From the NCBI RefSeq assembly GCF_036321535.1, contig NC_087437.1, forward strand, positions 25,918,001-25,982,000: 64,000 bases of DNA, read 5' to 3'. This document shows, piece by piece, positions 1 through 16,091 of the stretch; position 1 is the stretch's first letter; every line of letters begins with the position of its first letter. This DNA comes from Camelus dromedarius. Taxonomy: Eukaryota. Below the pieces are notes generated by a model. The model did not search any database, had not been told where the DNA came from, and was given only the letters and a program-made list of their open reading frames with translations. A program made the translations under genes and the position numbers.

Positions 1-1521
1 AAAGACCCTGGCCTTGAGAGCCTGAAAGGAAGGATCCTGACCTCGCTAAGAGGTCGGGGCAGGCTTCCTGAGAAAGAGGATCTGCAGAGTGAATGGGGGC
101 TGATCTGGGGATACGGCTGGTGCAGAGGAAGCAGCAAAGATGCCGAGGAGGCAGCTTGTTTGAGGAACTGAGAGAAGCAAGGGAGAGGAGTTGTAACGAG
201 GCTGGAGACCAGACAGGGCCCACAACCACATTAGAGGGTTAATGCTTTATCCAGTGGCTTCCCACAGCACCCAGAATCCCAAATCTTTTCCATGGCCAGC
301 ATGACCCTGACTCTGGGCTTATTTTGTCCCACTTGCCCTGCTTACGATTCTCCATCCATGTGGCTTTTCTTTGTTCCTCAGATATGCCAAGTGCACTTGT
401 CTAAGACCTGTTATTAACTCTTCTCATGCCAAGAACGTACCTCCCTCCGATCTTGCACAACTGGTGCCTTCAGTCATTCAACTCATGGCTCAAATACCAC
501 CTCACCACTGAGGACTTCTCAGTTTAAACTATTCCCTCTCCACATACTGCAGTTTGTTTAGTCTCTGTCCTAATCCCCTTCACTAGAATGAATGCTGTTA
601 CTTTGTCTCATGCTCTGTTGTATCCCCAGAACCTGGAGGAGTGACACTTAGTAGGCGCCTGATGGATGTTTTAAGGATATTAGGGACAAATGAGGGCATA
701 GGTAGTGCAATGTGAGCTGAGCCCTGATGGATGAGTAAAACTTTTAGAAGATGGAGATTTTGGTCCAGCACTTGGAACGTGTAAAGTCATCACGTGTGTT
801 TGGCGATGAGCGAGCACTTCTGTCTGACAAGCGCAAAGATGTGTGTGGAAAGAAGAGGCAGTAAAAACTGGACCAGTTGCTTTGGGCCAATTGTGGAAAG
901 TGCAGAATGGGACCTTCTTCTGTGGGTGTCCTTGAAGAGTATCAGTCAGAGCTGTATGTTATTAAAAAAACTTTGCTTATGAAAAATTTCAAACACACAG
1001 ACGTAGAAAATATAGTACAGTGTCCCCCATGTTCCTACCACACAGCATCAGCAGTGTTGCCTCATGACCACCCCTGCCCCATGCCAGATTATTTTGATGC
1101 AAATCCCAGAGTTATTATTGCCATTTTACCCATTAATGTTTCAACATGTGTTTCTAAAAGAAAATAATTATTTTATTTAAACCCAGAATACCATGTCACA
1201 TTTTTTTAAATGTCTTGATATCATCAAATATCCAGTCAGTTCAGATTTCTCCAATTATCTGCAAGTTTTTTTCTCTAATCTGTTTTGTTTGAATCAGATT
1301 CCTAGTAAGGTTTATACATTGCAATTGGTTCCTGTGTCTTTTATGTCTCTTTTAATAGGTAGGATCTGCCTTCCTCTCTCTTTCTCTTTTCTTTGCAATT
1401 TAGTTAGCAAGAAACTGGACTATTAATGTGGAATTTGCCACAGTCTGAATTTTGCTGCCTGACTCCCTGCAGTGTCATTTAACATGTTCCTGTATCTGCT
1501 GTATTTCCCTGTCATCTAAAG

Positions 1522-1823
1522 CTGCACTGTTCAGGATGGTAGTCATTTGTCACAAGTTGCTGCTGAGCACTTTGAGATGTGACTAGTCTAAATGGAGATA
1601 TACTATAAATATAAAATTCACACTAGACCTTAAAGATTTAGTACGGCAAAAAAAAAAAGTCTCGTTAATTTTTTTTATTGCTGGTTGAAATGATAACATT
1701 TTGGATATGTTAGATTAATACAACATATTTTTTAAATTTTGCCTGCTTTTTACTTTATAAAAAGTGGTTACTAGAAAACTCTGTATTACGTATGTGGCTC
1801 ACATATTTCTATTGACAGTGCTG
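1522..1823 (-). mobile_element. MER33-like hAT-Charlie DNA transposon inserted in an old L1 fragment
   Basis: Ends ctgcactgt...acagtgctg; degenerate 8-bp TSD atctaaag/atctagat (NTCTAGAN target); internal sequence resembles MER33. Confidence 0.65.
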
Positions 1824-2083
1824 ATCTAGATAGGTTTTATCAGATAATGAGATGATGATGGTCATGTTTTTGTTTTTTTTTGGTAACACAAGTAGTGTTG
1901 AGTTCTTTCAGAACGTTGGCTCTTTTTGTGATGTTAAGAAACATTGATAATTGTTACTTACATCTGTTAACGTATTAGAAGTTTCAAAATGTTCTACTTA
2001 TATCACTCCATTTTCATTTCTTACTGGCATTCTTCTATAAAGAGCAGCTTCCCCTAAGCAGCTCTTCAGTTACCCGTTTATAG

Positions 2084-2386
<303 letters not shown>

Positions 2387-5300
2387 TAGTCTTTGAGTCA
2401 CTTATTTTTCTGTAAATTCTTGAGGTACCTTCTAAATCTTTAAATGAGAATTATGTGAATCAGTGTGTAGTGCTGTAAATTAATGATATGCATCTTTTTT
2501 TTTTTTTTAATGGCCCATACCTGCTTTTTCAATGTCAGAGATTCAGATTCTGGTTTTGCCTTTGTTTTATTTTCTTAGACTGGATGGAAATCTTTCTAAG
2601 GAAGTATAAGATTCTTCTGAGGGAAAATTTTCATAGGAAATTCTAATGAAAGTCAGTGAGGCCAGTTGGGGCATCTCTTTAGATTTCTTTTTAGATTTCC
2701 TAATTTTTTTTTCCCACTGCTATCATATCCTGTATGCATTGAGTTACTTCATGATGGGTTAGAACTGTGAAGAGGTTAGAAAGACCACTGATTCCCCCCT
2801 CTGAGTAGCGCAGATGGGGAAGGAGTCCAGAGGCTGGGATTGGTCAAGGTCATGTGGCTAATTGGTAGCCGATGTCTTCCAAGTTGCCTTACCCTAGTAA
2901 GTTGGCATGTGAACTGGGTTCCTAAGTGGGACTCTAATCTCATTTCCTTTTATCTCAGCAGTAAATGATGCTTGTGGTTTTATTTCCTGTTTTTTGAGTT
3001 TCAAGTACGTGCAAGGCGCTGCATTGAGCCCTCTAGCCAGCCAACCATGAATAAGGCACAACATCTGCTTTCTGAAGCAACAACACAAGAGAGGGCTGGA
3101 GACACATACAAGGGCCACAGACACTGGGAGATTTGTGAAAAATGTCTTAAGACTTTGTGAAAGTGGCGTAGGCTATGGGAGGAGGGAAATTACTTCTGGC
3201 TGAGTCACAGAGGAAAGTTTTTTGTGTTTGAACTGAGGCCTGAAAGCTAGTTAGAATTTGACAGATTGGAAGAGAAGGGCATTACAGCTAGAGGGAAAAC
3301 TAAACAAAGCTATGTCCAGGTTTGCAGGAGCATCCAGTATAAATTGCATAGGACAGTGATTTTTTTTCTTCAACTGAGTGGTAGTATCAGAATCTCCAGC
3401 AGGTGCTGAAGTATACTTCACAGAGCACAGGACCCACCTGGAGATTCTGACGCCCACTCCCAGTCGGGGTGCTCCCCTCTCTTCCCGCTCTTTGGTGTAG
3501 GGAAAAATGCTATTGTGTGTTTCTTAACCGAACAGTGTGGAGGTAACTAGTCTTTTCAATTTCCAAAGTGTTGTATAGTGATGTTCTTTATTACATATAA
3601 AGGAGCTATGTTTCAACATAGAGAAGTGCGGCAAATAATGCTTGAGAGAGAGCTCAGGGCTTTGGAAATTAAACTAAAGATTTGTTTAAGGTTTTAACCA
3701 AAGAAAGTGATGTGATGAGAGCCCTGCTTTAGGAAAACGAATGTTGGCCAATATGGAGGATGGTTTGAACATAGATTATAAGTTATTGGGATGGTTCAGT
3801 AAGAGTAGTGAGTGGGCAGGGCAGTAGCAGTGACGAGAGAAGGAAGCGGGGATGGGAGAGGCTTCAACAAGAGAATTATAAAACTTGGCGTCTGATGGGA
3901 TAACAGGAATGATATAGGGTCCTGAAAATATAGTATTATGAGGACTTAAAGGGACTTAAAATATGTGGGTTTTGCCTGTTTCCCGGTAGGAAATTATTGA
4001 AGCTTTTCTTAACATCAGCACCGAGAGATACTTTGGTATCATTAACCTAACTATAGAAGCATTAGACATTAGAAGAGTAGTTGTTATATATGAATTCAGA
4101 TTCTTAATAAGAATCCCACCCCTCTATTTTAAACTCTATATTGTTGAATGCATTTTAACATATTTTTTATTTTACCCAATAGATACATATTTTAGAAATA
4201 TCTTGATCCATAAATTTGTCTTGAAAATTTTCTTAAAGAGTGGCGTATTTATAGACCCTAAAAAAAAAGGCAATAGAGTTTTTTTTTAAAGAACTTCCTA
4301 ACTAGAAGAGTAGCTCAGACCCCCTTGGAGCAGTTTTTCACGTACATAACTGGTTCCCACCTCACCCCTACCAAATCATAATCTCCAGAGTTCATATAAA
4401 ATCATGAGAAATGTTATCCTTATAAATACTCAAAAATGAGAAAGCATCCCACAGTCTTCCTTCTCAGAGTGCATCGTGTCACAAATTGGTCTATATTCAT
4501 CCAACTATTTTTTTTTAAAGAATACATGTACTACTATGATTTGTTTTTCACAGAAGTGGATCATATGATGTCCACTGTTCAGTACCTTGCTGCTTCACTT
4601 AGCAGCAGATCCTGGACGTCTTTCCAGGCCAATGCACTTCAGTTTACTCCATTCTTTGCTTATACTGCTGCTTAGTATTCCAGCAGTAGCCAACAGCTGG
4701 ATTATTGTTGGTGGAGCTGAGTCAGAGGACCCAGCCTTTTTATCTCTAGAACCTAAAGGTCATTCATTCATCTTTGTGGTCATAGCTACTCTGACCTGTC
4801 ATTCTGGACCCTGCAGGTGCTTTTTATGGTCCCCACTATCACAGAGTCCCTTCTGTTTATTTTACTTCCTGAGGGTCCTAACTCTCTACTCTAGATTTGT
4901 AAGCAATGGTGCTACCATCCCAGCTGTTGTCATGACTCCAGAGGTCATGTCCTAGAACAATGCGGACATGGACAGAGACCCCCGTGGGCTGAGGCTGAAG
5001 TTGAAGCCCTAATAAACAGATGGATAGTCCTGTGCAGGGTCTTGCAACATTGAAAATGTCAGAATGCCTCTCTTGTTAAAGAAGTATTTTTTTCTATTTG
5101 AAGATCATTGTTAGGTTTGCTTTAGTCCTTCATTTGTTTTTTAATGTCAATGGAGTTCATTTTTACTTCTCTCCCTGTCTAATTTGTTTTAAAAATCATT
5201 CCTGGGAACCCATGACGAGATAGGTTTTGTAGCTAAGTTAACCATTGACGGTTTTTAATGTCAATCTTGGAGTGCTGACTTATCTACTAGTCTCCAGGTG

Positions 5301-5974
5301 TCTATTGGAGCACTTACTGTGGGGTCCCCAGGTTGTTTTACTGTGCAGAAGCAGCCTGGGCTTGTGGAAAAAGCTAGAGGAGGGTGAGGAGTGAGGAGAC
5401 CTGGGGTCTAATTTGGCTCCACTCTGCAGAGAGGATTTGGACCAGTCATGTACCTTGCAGGCCCTAATCTTTACAGCAAGCTGCTGGACTAGGTAATTCT
5501 AAGGATTCCTTCAGACAGTCTCTGATTTCCCCTTCTACCATTGGATTTGGGTTTGTGTAATCTAAGCGTGTTGCCAGCATAATCCAGGCTCCATTTCATC
5601 CTAAAATGAGTGGGATAGAGATAATAATAATCAGGAAACTTGGGTTCTAATCTTGGCTTTGATTGTCACCTGTCTGTACTTTGGGATCCTGGGGGAATCG
5701 TTTTGTCTATAAAATGAGGGTGTTGACCCAGATTCATGGTTCTTAACTAGGAGTGTACCTCACAGCCACACATGAAGCTTTGTGGAATATACTTATCTAG
5801 ATTCAGCCCCTGGAGATTATGATTTGGTAGGGGTGAGGTGGGGACCAGTTATGTATGTGAAAAACTGCTCCAAGGGGGTCTGAGCTGCTCTTCTAGTTAA
5901 GCAGTATGACTTGTCAGCATTTGATAAGTACTTGGGTCGTCCCCCAGCCCCGCCGTCGCTCTGTTCTCCTGTGA

Positions 5975-6175
<201 letters not shown>

Positions 6176-8587
6176 TGAATGCTTGCAAATTTCCTCATTG
6201 GATCTAAGCTTGGCAATCATTAAAGTCTTGTTTGTTCAGTTAGAATCTTTGGATGTAAAATAGTAAGCATTTTGTGATTCATGGTTTAGATAACAGTTTT
6301 TAAGATTCCTGGGAAAACATTTCACCCACAATTTAGGTATAGTGCATAGTTTTACAGTTTGGTGAAGAAAATGTATAGTGTTTAACTTCAGAGCACTTCA
6401 CAACTATAGTATACTACAATTTTATTCTCTTTTAATGGAAATATTGGTGGCAAGTGTATAGAGCTGTTAACAAAACAGTACAGAAATCAGTTTATTCAAG
6501 AGCACAAAATTGAATAGAGTGTATTAAAATGATTTATTTACACTATTGTCAGATACGCCTATAATTCTTTTGTCATTTTAAAGACTTCAACAACTTTCTG
6601 TATTTCCGTAGTTTTGATCTAGTGTTAATGGATCTGCTGGATCTGTAACCCTCATTTTTAATGAGAAGTAATATGCTTAGTTTCTGAAAAGCTCTTGACC
6701 ACAAAAATAGACTGAGGCAATTTTATGCTGAAATTCTCTGTTATGACCTTGAATTTCTCAGAAATACACTGATGATTTGCATCCTGTTCATCATGTGCAA
6801 TTTTACCTCTGAAGCATAGGCTATTTGAGTGGATGTTTGTTATGAACATACATGCTTCAGGGAACCCCCAAATTATGATGGCCTATATTTCACAAGTTAG
6901 TTTATGTCCATCTGGCAGCTGGAATGCCTTTTTCTGGAAAAACATGTGTTCAGTGATGATGGTTACATTAACAAGCCAGACCCTGTTTAGTGCTCACTGT
7001 GTCTGATCACTGTTGCCCAAATCGTGATATGTAATAGCGTTTTATCGTGATCTGAGTTCTCTCTCTTGCTGTGGCCTGCCTGTAACTTTCTGCTGCTGAC
7101 CAGGCTTACAGCCCACCACTTACCTTCAGCCGCTTAAGAGAAGAGACCAGAATCACAGCCCTCTCGTGCCTTTCTGTCTGTGTTTAACACACATACACAC
7201 ATAGCCTTTTCAAGAGATTATTTTAAAAATAAGGATGACGTCCCTAGTTAAAATGGAAAGGTGGCAGATTCCTTGTCTCTCGCTTCTTCCCCTCCACCCC
7301 GTCTTGCCTTGTTTTTTGTTTTAAACCTCAGGGAGACATAGGCTTGTCAAGGTAGTGATGGTGGAGTGAGGGGTGCAGAACAGATTGAGGTAGGATCAGT
7401 CTGCATTTGAAAATAAATCATAATTCCAGGTCTTCTCAGAGACTCATAAAAACAGAAGGAAGGAAGAGAAGAAGGGAGACAAGAGGAGAGAGAAGAGCTG
7501 GTGAGGGACGCTGCTTTTGTGGCCTGTCCTCCTGAAGGCAGCAGAGCGGAGGACAGGGGTGGTTACACCTCCTGGCCCCCCCTTCCCTGAGGCGCCACTG
7601 TTCTGAAGTCCTAGATGCCCCTGAATGAGCAGGCTGTCATTTTACTCCCTTGCTGACTCAGGCTTGGGAGCTGTGGTGTCTGAGAAAGATTTCACAACCT
7701 CAGAGACAGGTTCAAAGGGCATGTGGTCTTTATTTCCCTTTCCTCTGAGATTCTGCCTCAGCGTACCCAAGGCCACATTAACCATTCTCTTAGGAATGAA
7801 AAAATAAACAGGTGTTTCCCCCAAGCACTTAGTATAAAGGGGACGATGAAAATGACCTCAGAATCCAAAAGGCATTAATGGAGGAGGTGGGGAGGCCTCG
7901 CCACATCATTTTGTGAGTCCCAGAAAGAGCTCCTCCATGATCTTTCTTATCCATTCTACTTGAATGAATGGTTCCTGATAAGGACAGGAGCCTGGCTCCT
8001 GGTCCAGGGTTTCCTCCGGGTTACCTGACACACCCCAGCCTGTCAGCCATTCTAGGTAGTGTTCATACCTACAGAGCTAATAAGGGCCATCTGAACACGC
8101 AAGCATTTCTATCGTACACACCCATCCACTAGGAAACATTTTATATGCAGTGGAATATCCTTTTATAGTGTCTGATTTTGCCTAGAAGCCCCATTTGGAC
8201 GTACCCTGAGCCAGTCTGCTGTTGGTGGGGAATCCTCTGGGTGGCAGGTAACCAGCGCCCGGCTGGGCTCCTGGAGCTGCTCTGGAGGGCACATGCGGGA
8301 GTTCCCACGGCTGTGAGGGGCCTCCGGAGCACCGGCTGTCTGCATTTATCAAGTCAGCAAGTGCTGAGTAGCTTTGTCAGACACACATGAAATAGTTAGT
8401 TATATGTTTAGATAGGGTAACCTCCTTGCTCTGATGAGAATAGAAATTTGGATTGCTTTTGGCAGGGGAGTGGGGGGAGGAGGTTGGGGGGAAAGGAGAA
8501 ATTGTATCAAATACATTAGCTTTTGGAGATCAGAGTTCATGTACTTTATTTCTTGGCTTAATTTGTGTTTGTTTGTTTTTTCACTAG

Positions 8588-8743
<156 letters not shown>

Positions 8744-10262
8744 TAAGCATCCCCTCACCCCCTCAGACATTCCCGCCAGAGCTTCTGGAATGAATTATTT
8801 ACTGGTATATTTTGCATACATCTTAGCTTATCTTCTTCTAAATCAAAACTTGGAGTGATCAGATGGCTTTTCTATGGTGTTCTTTTTACAGAGTAAGAAA
8901 AGGTTCTAATGATCTCTATCATGTCTTTTATAGTTGACTTTGAACTTTTAGAAAGAAATGAATTGTAAAGTAGTTTCAATAAAAATCTGTGGTATTTTAG
9001 ATAAGAAGTTGAAGGACGTGTTTTTTTGTGTAATTAATGAGTAAGGCAGAGCCTTTTATTCTAATCCAAACTACAAGACTCTTTATTATTTTTCTTCTTT
9101 GATCTTCCAGTGGTTACATTTTTATCCAAAAATTATTTTCTGGTATTTCAATTCAAAAGAAATTAGGAATGCATTTCTTACCTTAAAGCACCTTCATAGT
9201 GTATAGATATGTGTTAATCTACCTTAAAATTGCATTTTAGTAATGCTAATTTCCGGTTGACTCTTTGGTTTTCTGCTTTCATATTGTTTGGAATAGAATG
9301 CTTAATTCCAGCTATGCTAATTACACTTCTGTTTGATGTTTTCTGTACTGTGAATTTAGTGGTAGGGAATGCAATCTAATATGAACATCCTCTGTGAAAA
9401 ATTTTATCAGGAAAGAAATCTGTTTTAGGGGAAGAGTATATTTCAAGTCGAACATCGGTTTTAATTTTTAACATAAGTTTCTTCTTTTTCAAATTATTTG
9501 TGCCTGTGCTTTGTTCCACCAACAGGAATAACCAGGTTGACTTGGGTAACTGGTCATTTAGAGTGTGCACTAAGTGGTCTGAGACTGACTGATCCTGAAA
9601 GCTCTCTGGCGAGAGGAAAAACAACTTGTAATCTTGCACATTTGACATCTTAAAAAGTATTGTATTTTTCTAAATGATTAAAAAAATTCTAATTTATTTG
9701 AAACTTCATTTGGTCAAAGGTCTACATTTTTAGAAGATTGTATACTACAGAAAATGCATCACATAGTGAAAGCAAGAGATGAGATGATGCTTTAAGCAGA
9801 CTTAGAGTTCTGTCTTCTGCATTTTGCCAGCAGCCATGAGTCTTTTGCTTGTTGCTCTGTTGGGCTTCTGGTTTGATCTGTAGTATAGGGCATGCTGGAC
9901 TCAGGAAGGCCCCATGCTGGACAGAGCTTGGGCACAGGGACTTTCACAGCCAAGTTTCTCTTCCTTCTGAGAAGTCTTGCCTGTTCTGTGAGCTTACTGC
10001 CCATTTAAGAATACTTACAGAATGTATTGGAAGTGATTGATTGATCAGTCCATGACAGTATAGTATATTAAATGCTATAAGCCTACAGGGTATTGTGAAC
10101 TGATGTTCTGTAAAAAATCTACTGTGTAGCCATCAAAGAAAATATTAAATGAAAATGATATCATAGTTATAATATTTTAGGTAACTGATACTTACCATTT
10201 AAAATTGCCATTTATTGATAATATGTCTTACCTACAATTCCTGTGCTCTGTTTTGTTTTTAG

Positions 10263-10371
10263 TTCTAGAAAAGGGACCAGTGTTAACCTCAAAGCACCTC
10301 CTGTAGCTGAGGCTGGGTGGAATTTGTATATTGTGAATACGATCTCACCAGTGCAACTGTACAAAGAAATG
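10263..10371 (+). CDS. HPS3: HPS3 exon 8
   Basis: tttag|TTCTAG...GAAATG|gtactc; 109 nt; (L)[36 protein letters not shown]. Confidence 0.9.
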
Positions 10372-10829
10372 GTACTCCTTTCAGACTTCTAATTCTTATT
10401 TGTAGAAGTTTAGAGTCTAATTGATGACTGGAAATTGATTCTAATAATCGTACATTCAGAATGCCACAGCCAGCCGGCTTCCAGGCTCTGTCTGACAGAG
10501 GTGTGCGTATCTTCACCTTCTTATTTTCACAGCTTCTGACCTTTGAGGAGCCAGGAGAAATTCCCTTCACTAAAATAAAACTCCCTTATTCATACCTACT
10601 CTCCTATGAGAATTGATTAGCCAGTCTAAATATAAATAGCCTTTGACTGTTACTTTGAATTCTAGCAAAGAGAACCATGAAATGGAGCTGAAAGAAATCT
10701 TAGATCATATGTCCCCGTCTCACTCTTCTTTGAAGTATCAGCAGATGGTCCTGGGGCACTGCAGCATTGTCCCATGGGCATCCTTACTCCTTTTCCCAGA
10801 GTGACAACTGCCTGCTTAACCCTGACAAT

Positions 10830-11950
10830 TTTTATAAACTATTTTGAAATAATTTCAAACCTACAGAAAAATTGCAAAAATCAGAATAGTAAAAATAAAA
10901 CCTATATATTCCCCACACAGATTGACCCATAGTCAACATTATACCCCTTTTGCTTCTCTCACTCTCTTTTTTTTAAAATTTTAATTTAATTTTTTTATTT
11001 AATGGAGGTACTCGGGATTGAACCCAGGACCTTGTGCATGCTAAGTACACACTACCACTGAGCTACACCCTCCCCCCACCTCTTTTTTCACTCTTGCACT
11101 TTCCAAATGTGCGCACACAAACACGTTTTTTTCCCTGACCTGTTGGAAGGTAAATTGCATAATTGCCTAATGCCTCTAAATACTTCAGTACATGTTTCCC
11201 AAGAATTAGGATATTTGCTTACAGAACCACAGTGCAGTCATATGCTTCAGAGAATTTAACGTTGACATAATACTTCATCTAGTCCATGGTTCATATTTCA
11301 GTTTTGTCAGTTACCCAGTAATGGCCTAGCAGCATTTCCCCATCTCTGGTCCGGGGTCCAGTCTAGCATCAGGTAGTGTATTTAACTGTCATGTCTCTTT
11401 AGCCTCTTTTAATCCAGAGCCTTTCTTTATTTCATTTAAAAAATTTTTTTCTTTTCTCTTTTTTTAAATTGAGACAGTTGATGTACAATATTATGTAAGT
11501 TATAGGTATACAATATAGTGATGCACAATTTTTAAATGCTATACTCCATTTATAGTTATTGTAAAATATTGTCTGTGTTTCCTGTGTTGTACAATATATC
11601 CTTGCAGCTTATTTATTTTATACATAATAGTTTGTTCTCTGCATCTGTCTGTTTCTTTTTTGTTATAGTCACTAGTTTTATTTTTTAGATTCTGCTTTGT
11701 TTTATAGCATGCATAGACTTTTTTGAAAAATATTTGTCCCCCTCCACCTTTAAAAAATTTATTTTTTTAATTTTATTTTTCATGATCAGATTCAGTTTAT
11801 GTATTCTTTTTCTTGGCCAGAACATTGTGTAGGTGACGTTGTGTCTCTTTTGAGGTATCACACTGGGATGTGCATAATATTCATGTGCCCCTCCCTGGTG
11901 ATGTTAATCTTGGTCATCAGGTCAAGGTTTGCCTGATTTGTCCCTTGCAT
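10830..11950 (-). mobile_element. Old L1 3' fragment (L1MC/ME-like) with a nested SINE and a younger L1 3' end (~11450-11700)
   Basis: Typical L1 3'UTR motifs (aatttcaaacctacagaaaaattgcaa; gttgatgtacaatattatgtaagt); boundaries approximate. Confidence 0.55.
10966..11077 (-). mobile_element. tRNA-derived SINE (Vic-1-like)
   Basis: Reverse complement reads ggggagggtgtagctcagtggtag...gtcctgggttcaatcccgagtacctccattaaa with A and B boxes and an A-rich tail. Confidence 0.8.
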
Positions 11951-12551
11951 TTTAATGCTGATAATTATATCAGCTTCATCCTGTCCTTTTAGTCTTGCTT
12001 AACTGAAAGTCCTAGGCTTCATCTTGATGATTTGCCTACTGGAGGCTAAAAATACTGATCAACTCACATTAGCTGGTGATAATATTTATAAGCCCACTGT
12101 GAGTTATAAAAATAGATGTAGTAGAACCTAAATTCACCAGATGAAACTAAGATAAAGGAAGGATACTCGGTCTGAATTTGAGAAAGATTTAAACAGAACT
12201 TTAAACAAAATTAACTGTTTCAGATATGTTCACTCACCTGATCAAACTGTGATTTAATTATTGCTAAGTTAACAGTTTTATTAGTATTACAGTGTTACTT
12301 GTACCTTCTCTAATGTGCTGTTGAACAAGAGAATATTTACAATCATGTATGTATTAAACTGGCTCATACATTGTGGGGAAAAGAAAACCGCTTCAGCTAG
12401 GCCTTATCAGAATGATAAAATTTAATTTTTTTAAGATTTAATCTGTTTAAGGATTAACTTCACTCACAAAATATATAGGTATTCTTAAGAATTCGGAAAC
12501 TTTGGGGAGCCTTTCTGCAGCAACATTAGCTGCTTGCCTTTTTTGTGTTAG

Positions 12552-12773
<222 letters not shown>

Positions 12774-13472
12774 TGAGCTTCAGGTGTACTTACTGACTTT
12801 TCCATCTCTGGTAGTTACCTGATAAGGGTGGTGGTTCATTTATTCATTTATTTCACAAGCATTTGTTGAGCACATTCTGTGTGCCAGGTACTGTGTGTGC
12901 TAAGCTTAAAGATACAAAGATGACTGTGACCTGTTCCCTGCCTTCAAGGACTTAGAGTTCACTGGATGAGCAGTGAGTCTCAGCCTCATTAGTCTCCCAC
13001 CAGTTAATTTAGCTTCTTTTCAGGCCTTTGGGTGGGGGTGGGGCATGACCAGTTAAAAATCCCTGAGACAACCTTATTCCTAATTAGCCTGTTAGCTTTA
13101 AGGAAGAGGTACCATTTGGACAGTCTGTGATTTTAATCTTAGTAGTCAATGCTTTTATGATGTCAGAAAAGGACACTAGGTTGAATAGTGGTTTTTATTC
13201 TTGAGAATGATCTTTATAATTTTTTGGTATATGATTGTTTCAAAGGCTTAACTTGACCCATAGGAATCATTATAAATTAAAAGACTTTTCCTACTTATAA
13301 ACATCATTATTTAAGAGCCATGTTATGAATATTAAAATCATCTTATGAGTTGTTTTTCTGTTTTTATTATGAGCAGCCAAAAGAAACTACATTAATTAGA
13401 ATGATTTTGTAAAATAAAACTCAGGAGCTTGTTCCAACTCCTAATTGCAGTGGAAAAGTATTTTGAGATTAA

Positions 13473-13772
<300 letters not shown>

Positions 13773-14670
13773 TAGTTATATCTAATATTTAAAATTTTTG
13801 TTTTAGCAATTTATTTTATGTAATTCTGCTTACAAATCAAGTTCCAAGTATTTTCCTTTGGTATTCTTCTTTTTCTAAAAAAGGTAACTATTGTGCCCTT
13901 TTCTTCATTAATAACAGTCATAGAATTATAGCCTAGAAAAGAACTTGTAGTATCTTCTCATACTTTTTCATCATATAGACAAGGGGATGTGGTCCATTGT
14001 GGTTGAGTGACCTGCCCAGTGTGACAGTGGCCTGTCTTCAGGAGAATGACACAGAACCTGGGCCTTGCCCGCCTTCTTCTCATCCACAGCCCTTTTCACA
14101 ACCCTAGTTGCCCCAGTCTCCAGGTGTCCAAAGCTTCCCTTATGAAATCATGGCCTAGAGACCTTCAGACATGATTAAGGAGTATTTTTTTGCCCCTCAT
14201 GCATTTTTAAAGAGTTGAATGCAAATATGCAAAGTTGGGTGTTGTGATACCAAATGTTTTAAGCTATTGGGAGAAATGAAATTTTCTCTTCTAAATTACC
14301 TCATTGAGTATATTTTGTACTAAGCTGTAATTTTTTATAATGGCCTATTAAGTGTACTTTAATCTAGTTATCTTTTTTCCTTCTTCAGAACTCTTGTTAA
14401 GATTAGAAATGCTGACCATGACTTGGTACACACTTTCCCTGCTTTTCCTTCAACATAACTCAGTAAAGAGTTCATTTTGAGTCATCTCAGATCTCCCACT
14501 TTATCACCATCAACTCTCCTTTTAAATCAGGACATAATATTATACTATACTGTTACCTTAATTGGAATGTTTGTATGTTGATTTTTATCTTTTTTTTTTT
14601 TTTTTGCTGATTGATTTTGTTGCTTTCTATTGGCTGACTGACCTTCAGTTTCTCATTTGTGTTCATAAAG

Positions 14671-14904
14671 GAATTAGCAGCAAAAGTGGTTCAGATGTTT
14701 CACGTGGCTGAGCCAAAGCAACTGCCCCATATTCTCTGTAGTCCTTCTATGAAGAATATTGATCCTTTAACTGCCATCAGCTATTTAAGGAAGCTGGATA
14801 CTTCTGGGTTTTCACTGATCTTAGTGACATTGACCAAAGCAGCAATGGCTTTGAAAATGGGAGATCTTGACATGTACAGAAATGAAATGAAAAGCCACCC
14901 AGAG
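14671..14904 (+). CDS. HPS3: HPS3 exon 11
   Basis: aaag|GAATTA...CCAGAG|gtacgg; 234 nt; [29 protein letters not shown]...MKSHPE. Confidence 0.93.
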
Positions 14905-15809
14905 GTACGGTGCCCTCCCTGGTATTGACAGCAGGCTTAAATAGGACCCAGTGGTCCTGGGGTGTTTAGCTTTCTCCTGGCTTCTGTGCAGCTCATTTTT
15001 TCTTAGTTGTAGAGGAAAACAGACTTAATATTAGAGAGGAAGTGACCCAAAGTGATAGTGCTTGGGCTTTGGATTTGGCAAATGGAAAAGAAATATGAAT
15101 GGTAAATGGCAGTGGTGGGTATACAGCGACCTTTCAGCTTGGTGTCAGGCATGTTCACAGCACGGTGCTTGGTACCGAAGACTATGCAGGCCCTGCCCTG
15201 AGCCGACAGTCTGACTGGTGTGAGGGGACGGTGTGGTGTATCCACTGGAAACAGAACAGTGGTGTGTATTTGAGTACAGCGAGTAGGATATTAACCTTGA
15301 GCCTCCAGAGTCAGGTAGTTGCAGAAATAGCCAGCACTTGGGAAAAGTCACAAGTGACTGTGTGGGGGACTGGACATTTGAGTGGCGTTTTGAAGAAAAG
15401 GCAGCTTCCCCATGGAGGAGAGGCCATTCAGGGACATGAGCCAAAGACGCTAATCACTCGGGCAGGAAATTAAGAGGAGACATTAATTGAGCACTTACTA
15501 TGTCTCAAGCCTATTCAAGAAGAGCAGGAGTGCTTTATTGCTATCCAATGGCACGTTTTGTTATGAGGATAGCAAGTCAACTCTGAGATGTCCTCTGCTG
15601 TGAAGAGTAGTATTCTAGAAAGATGAATTTGCTCTTCATAATTTTGAAAAAACTTACATAGACCTAAATATAAAGGTGTCTACAAAATAGGACACCTTGA
15701 TGCTTAATTAAGTAATAGTAACTTCTAGAAAGACTGTTATCCATGATGTCCTTAGAACTTATGGTTAAGGAAAAAATTGAAATTAAATTATTAATGGCTT
15801 AACTGTGAT

Positions 15810-16005
15810 TCTTTTTTCTTTTTTTTAATTTTGTTTTTTATTGAAGTGTAGTTGGTTTGTAATGTCAGTTTCAGGTGTACAGCAAAATGAATCAGTTATA
15901 CAAATACATACATATCATACATGTATATTTTTTTCAGATTCTTTTCCATTATATGTTATTACAGGAAATTGAGTATAGTTCCCTGTGCTACACAGTAGGT
16001 CCTTC
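15810..16005 (-). mobile_element. Short 5'-truncated L1 3' end
   Basis: T-tract followed by ttgaagtgtagttgg...tcaggtgtacagcaaaatgaatcagttata...ccctgtgctacacagtaggtcct; same family as the copies at 46101 and 60433. Confidence 0.75.
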
Positions 16006-16091
16006 ACCATGACTTTTGAATGCACTAGCATGTGTTTGGAAGATGAATGCAATGTATATTTCTGTTCCTAAATTTCTTTTTCTCTCTGAAG

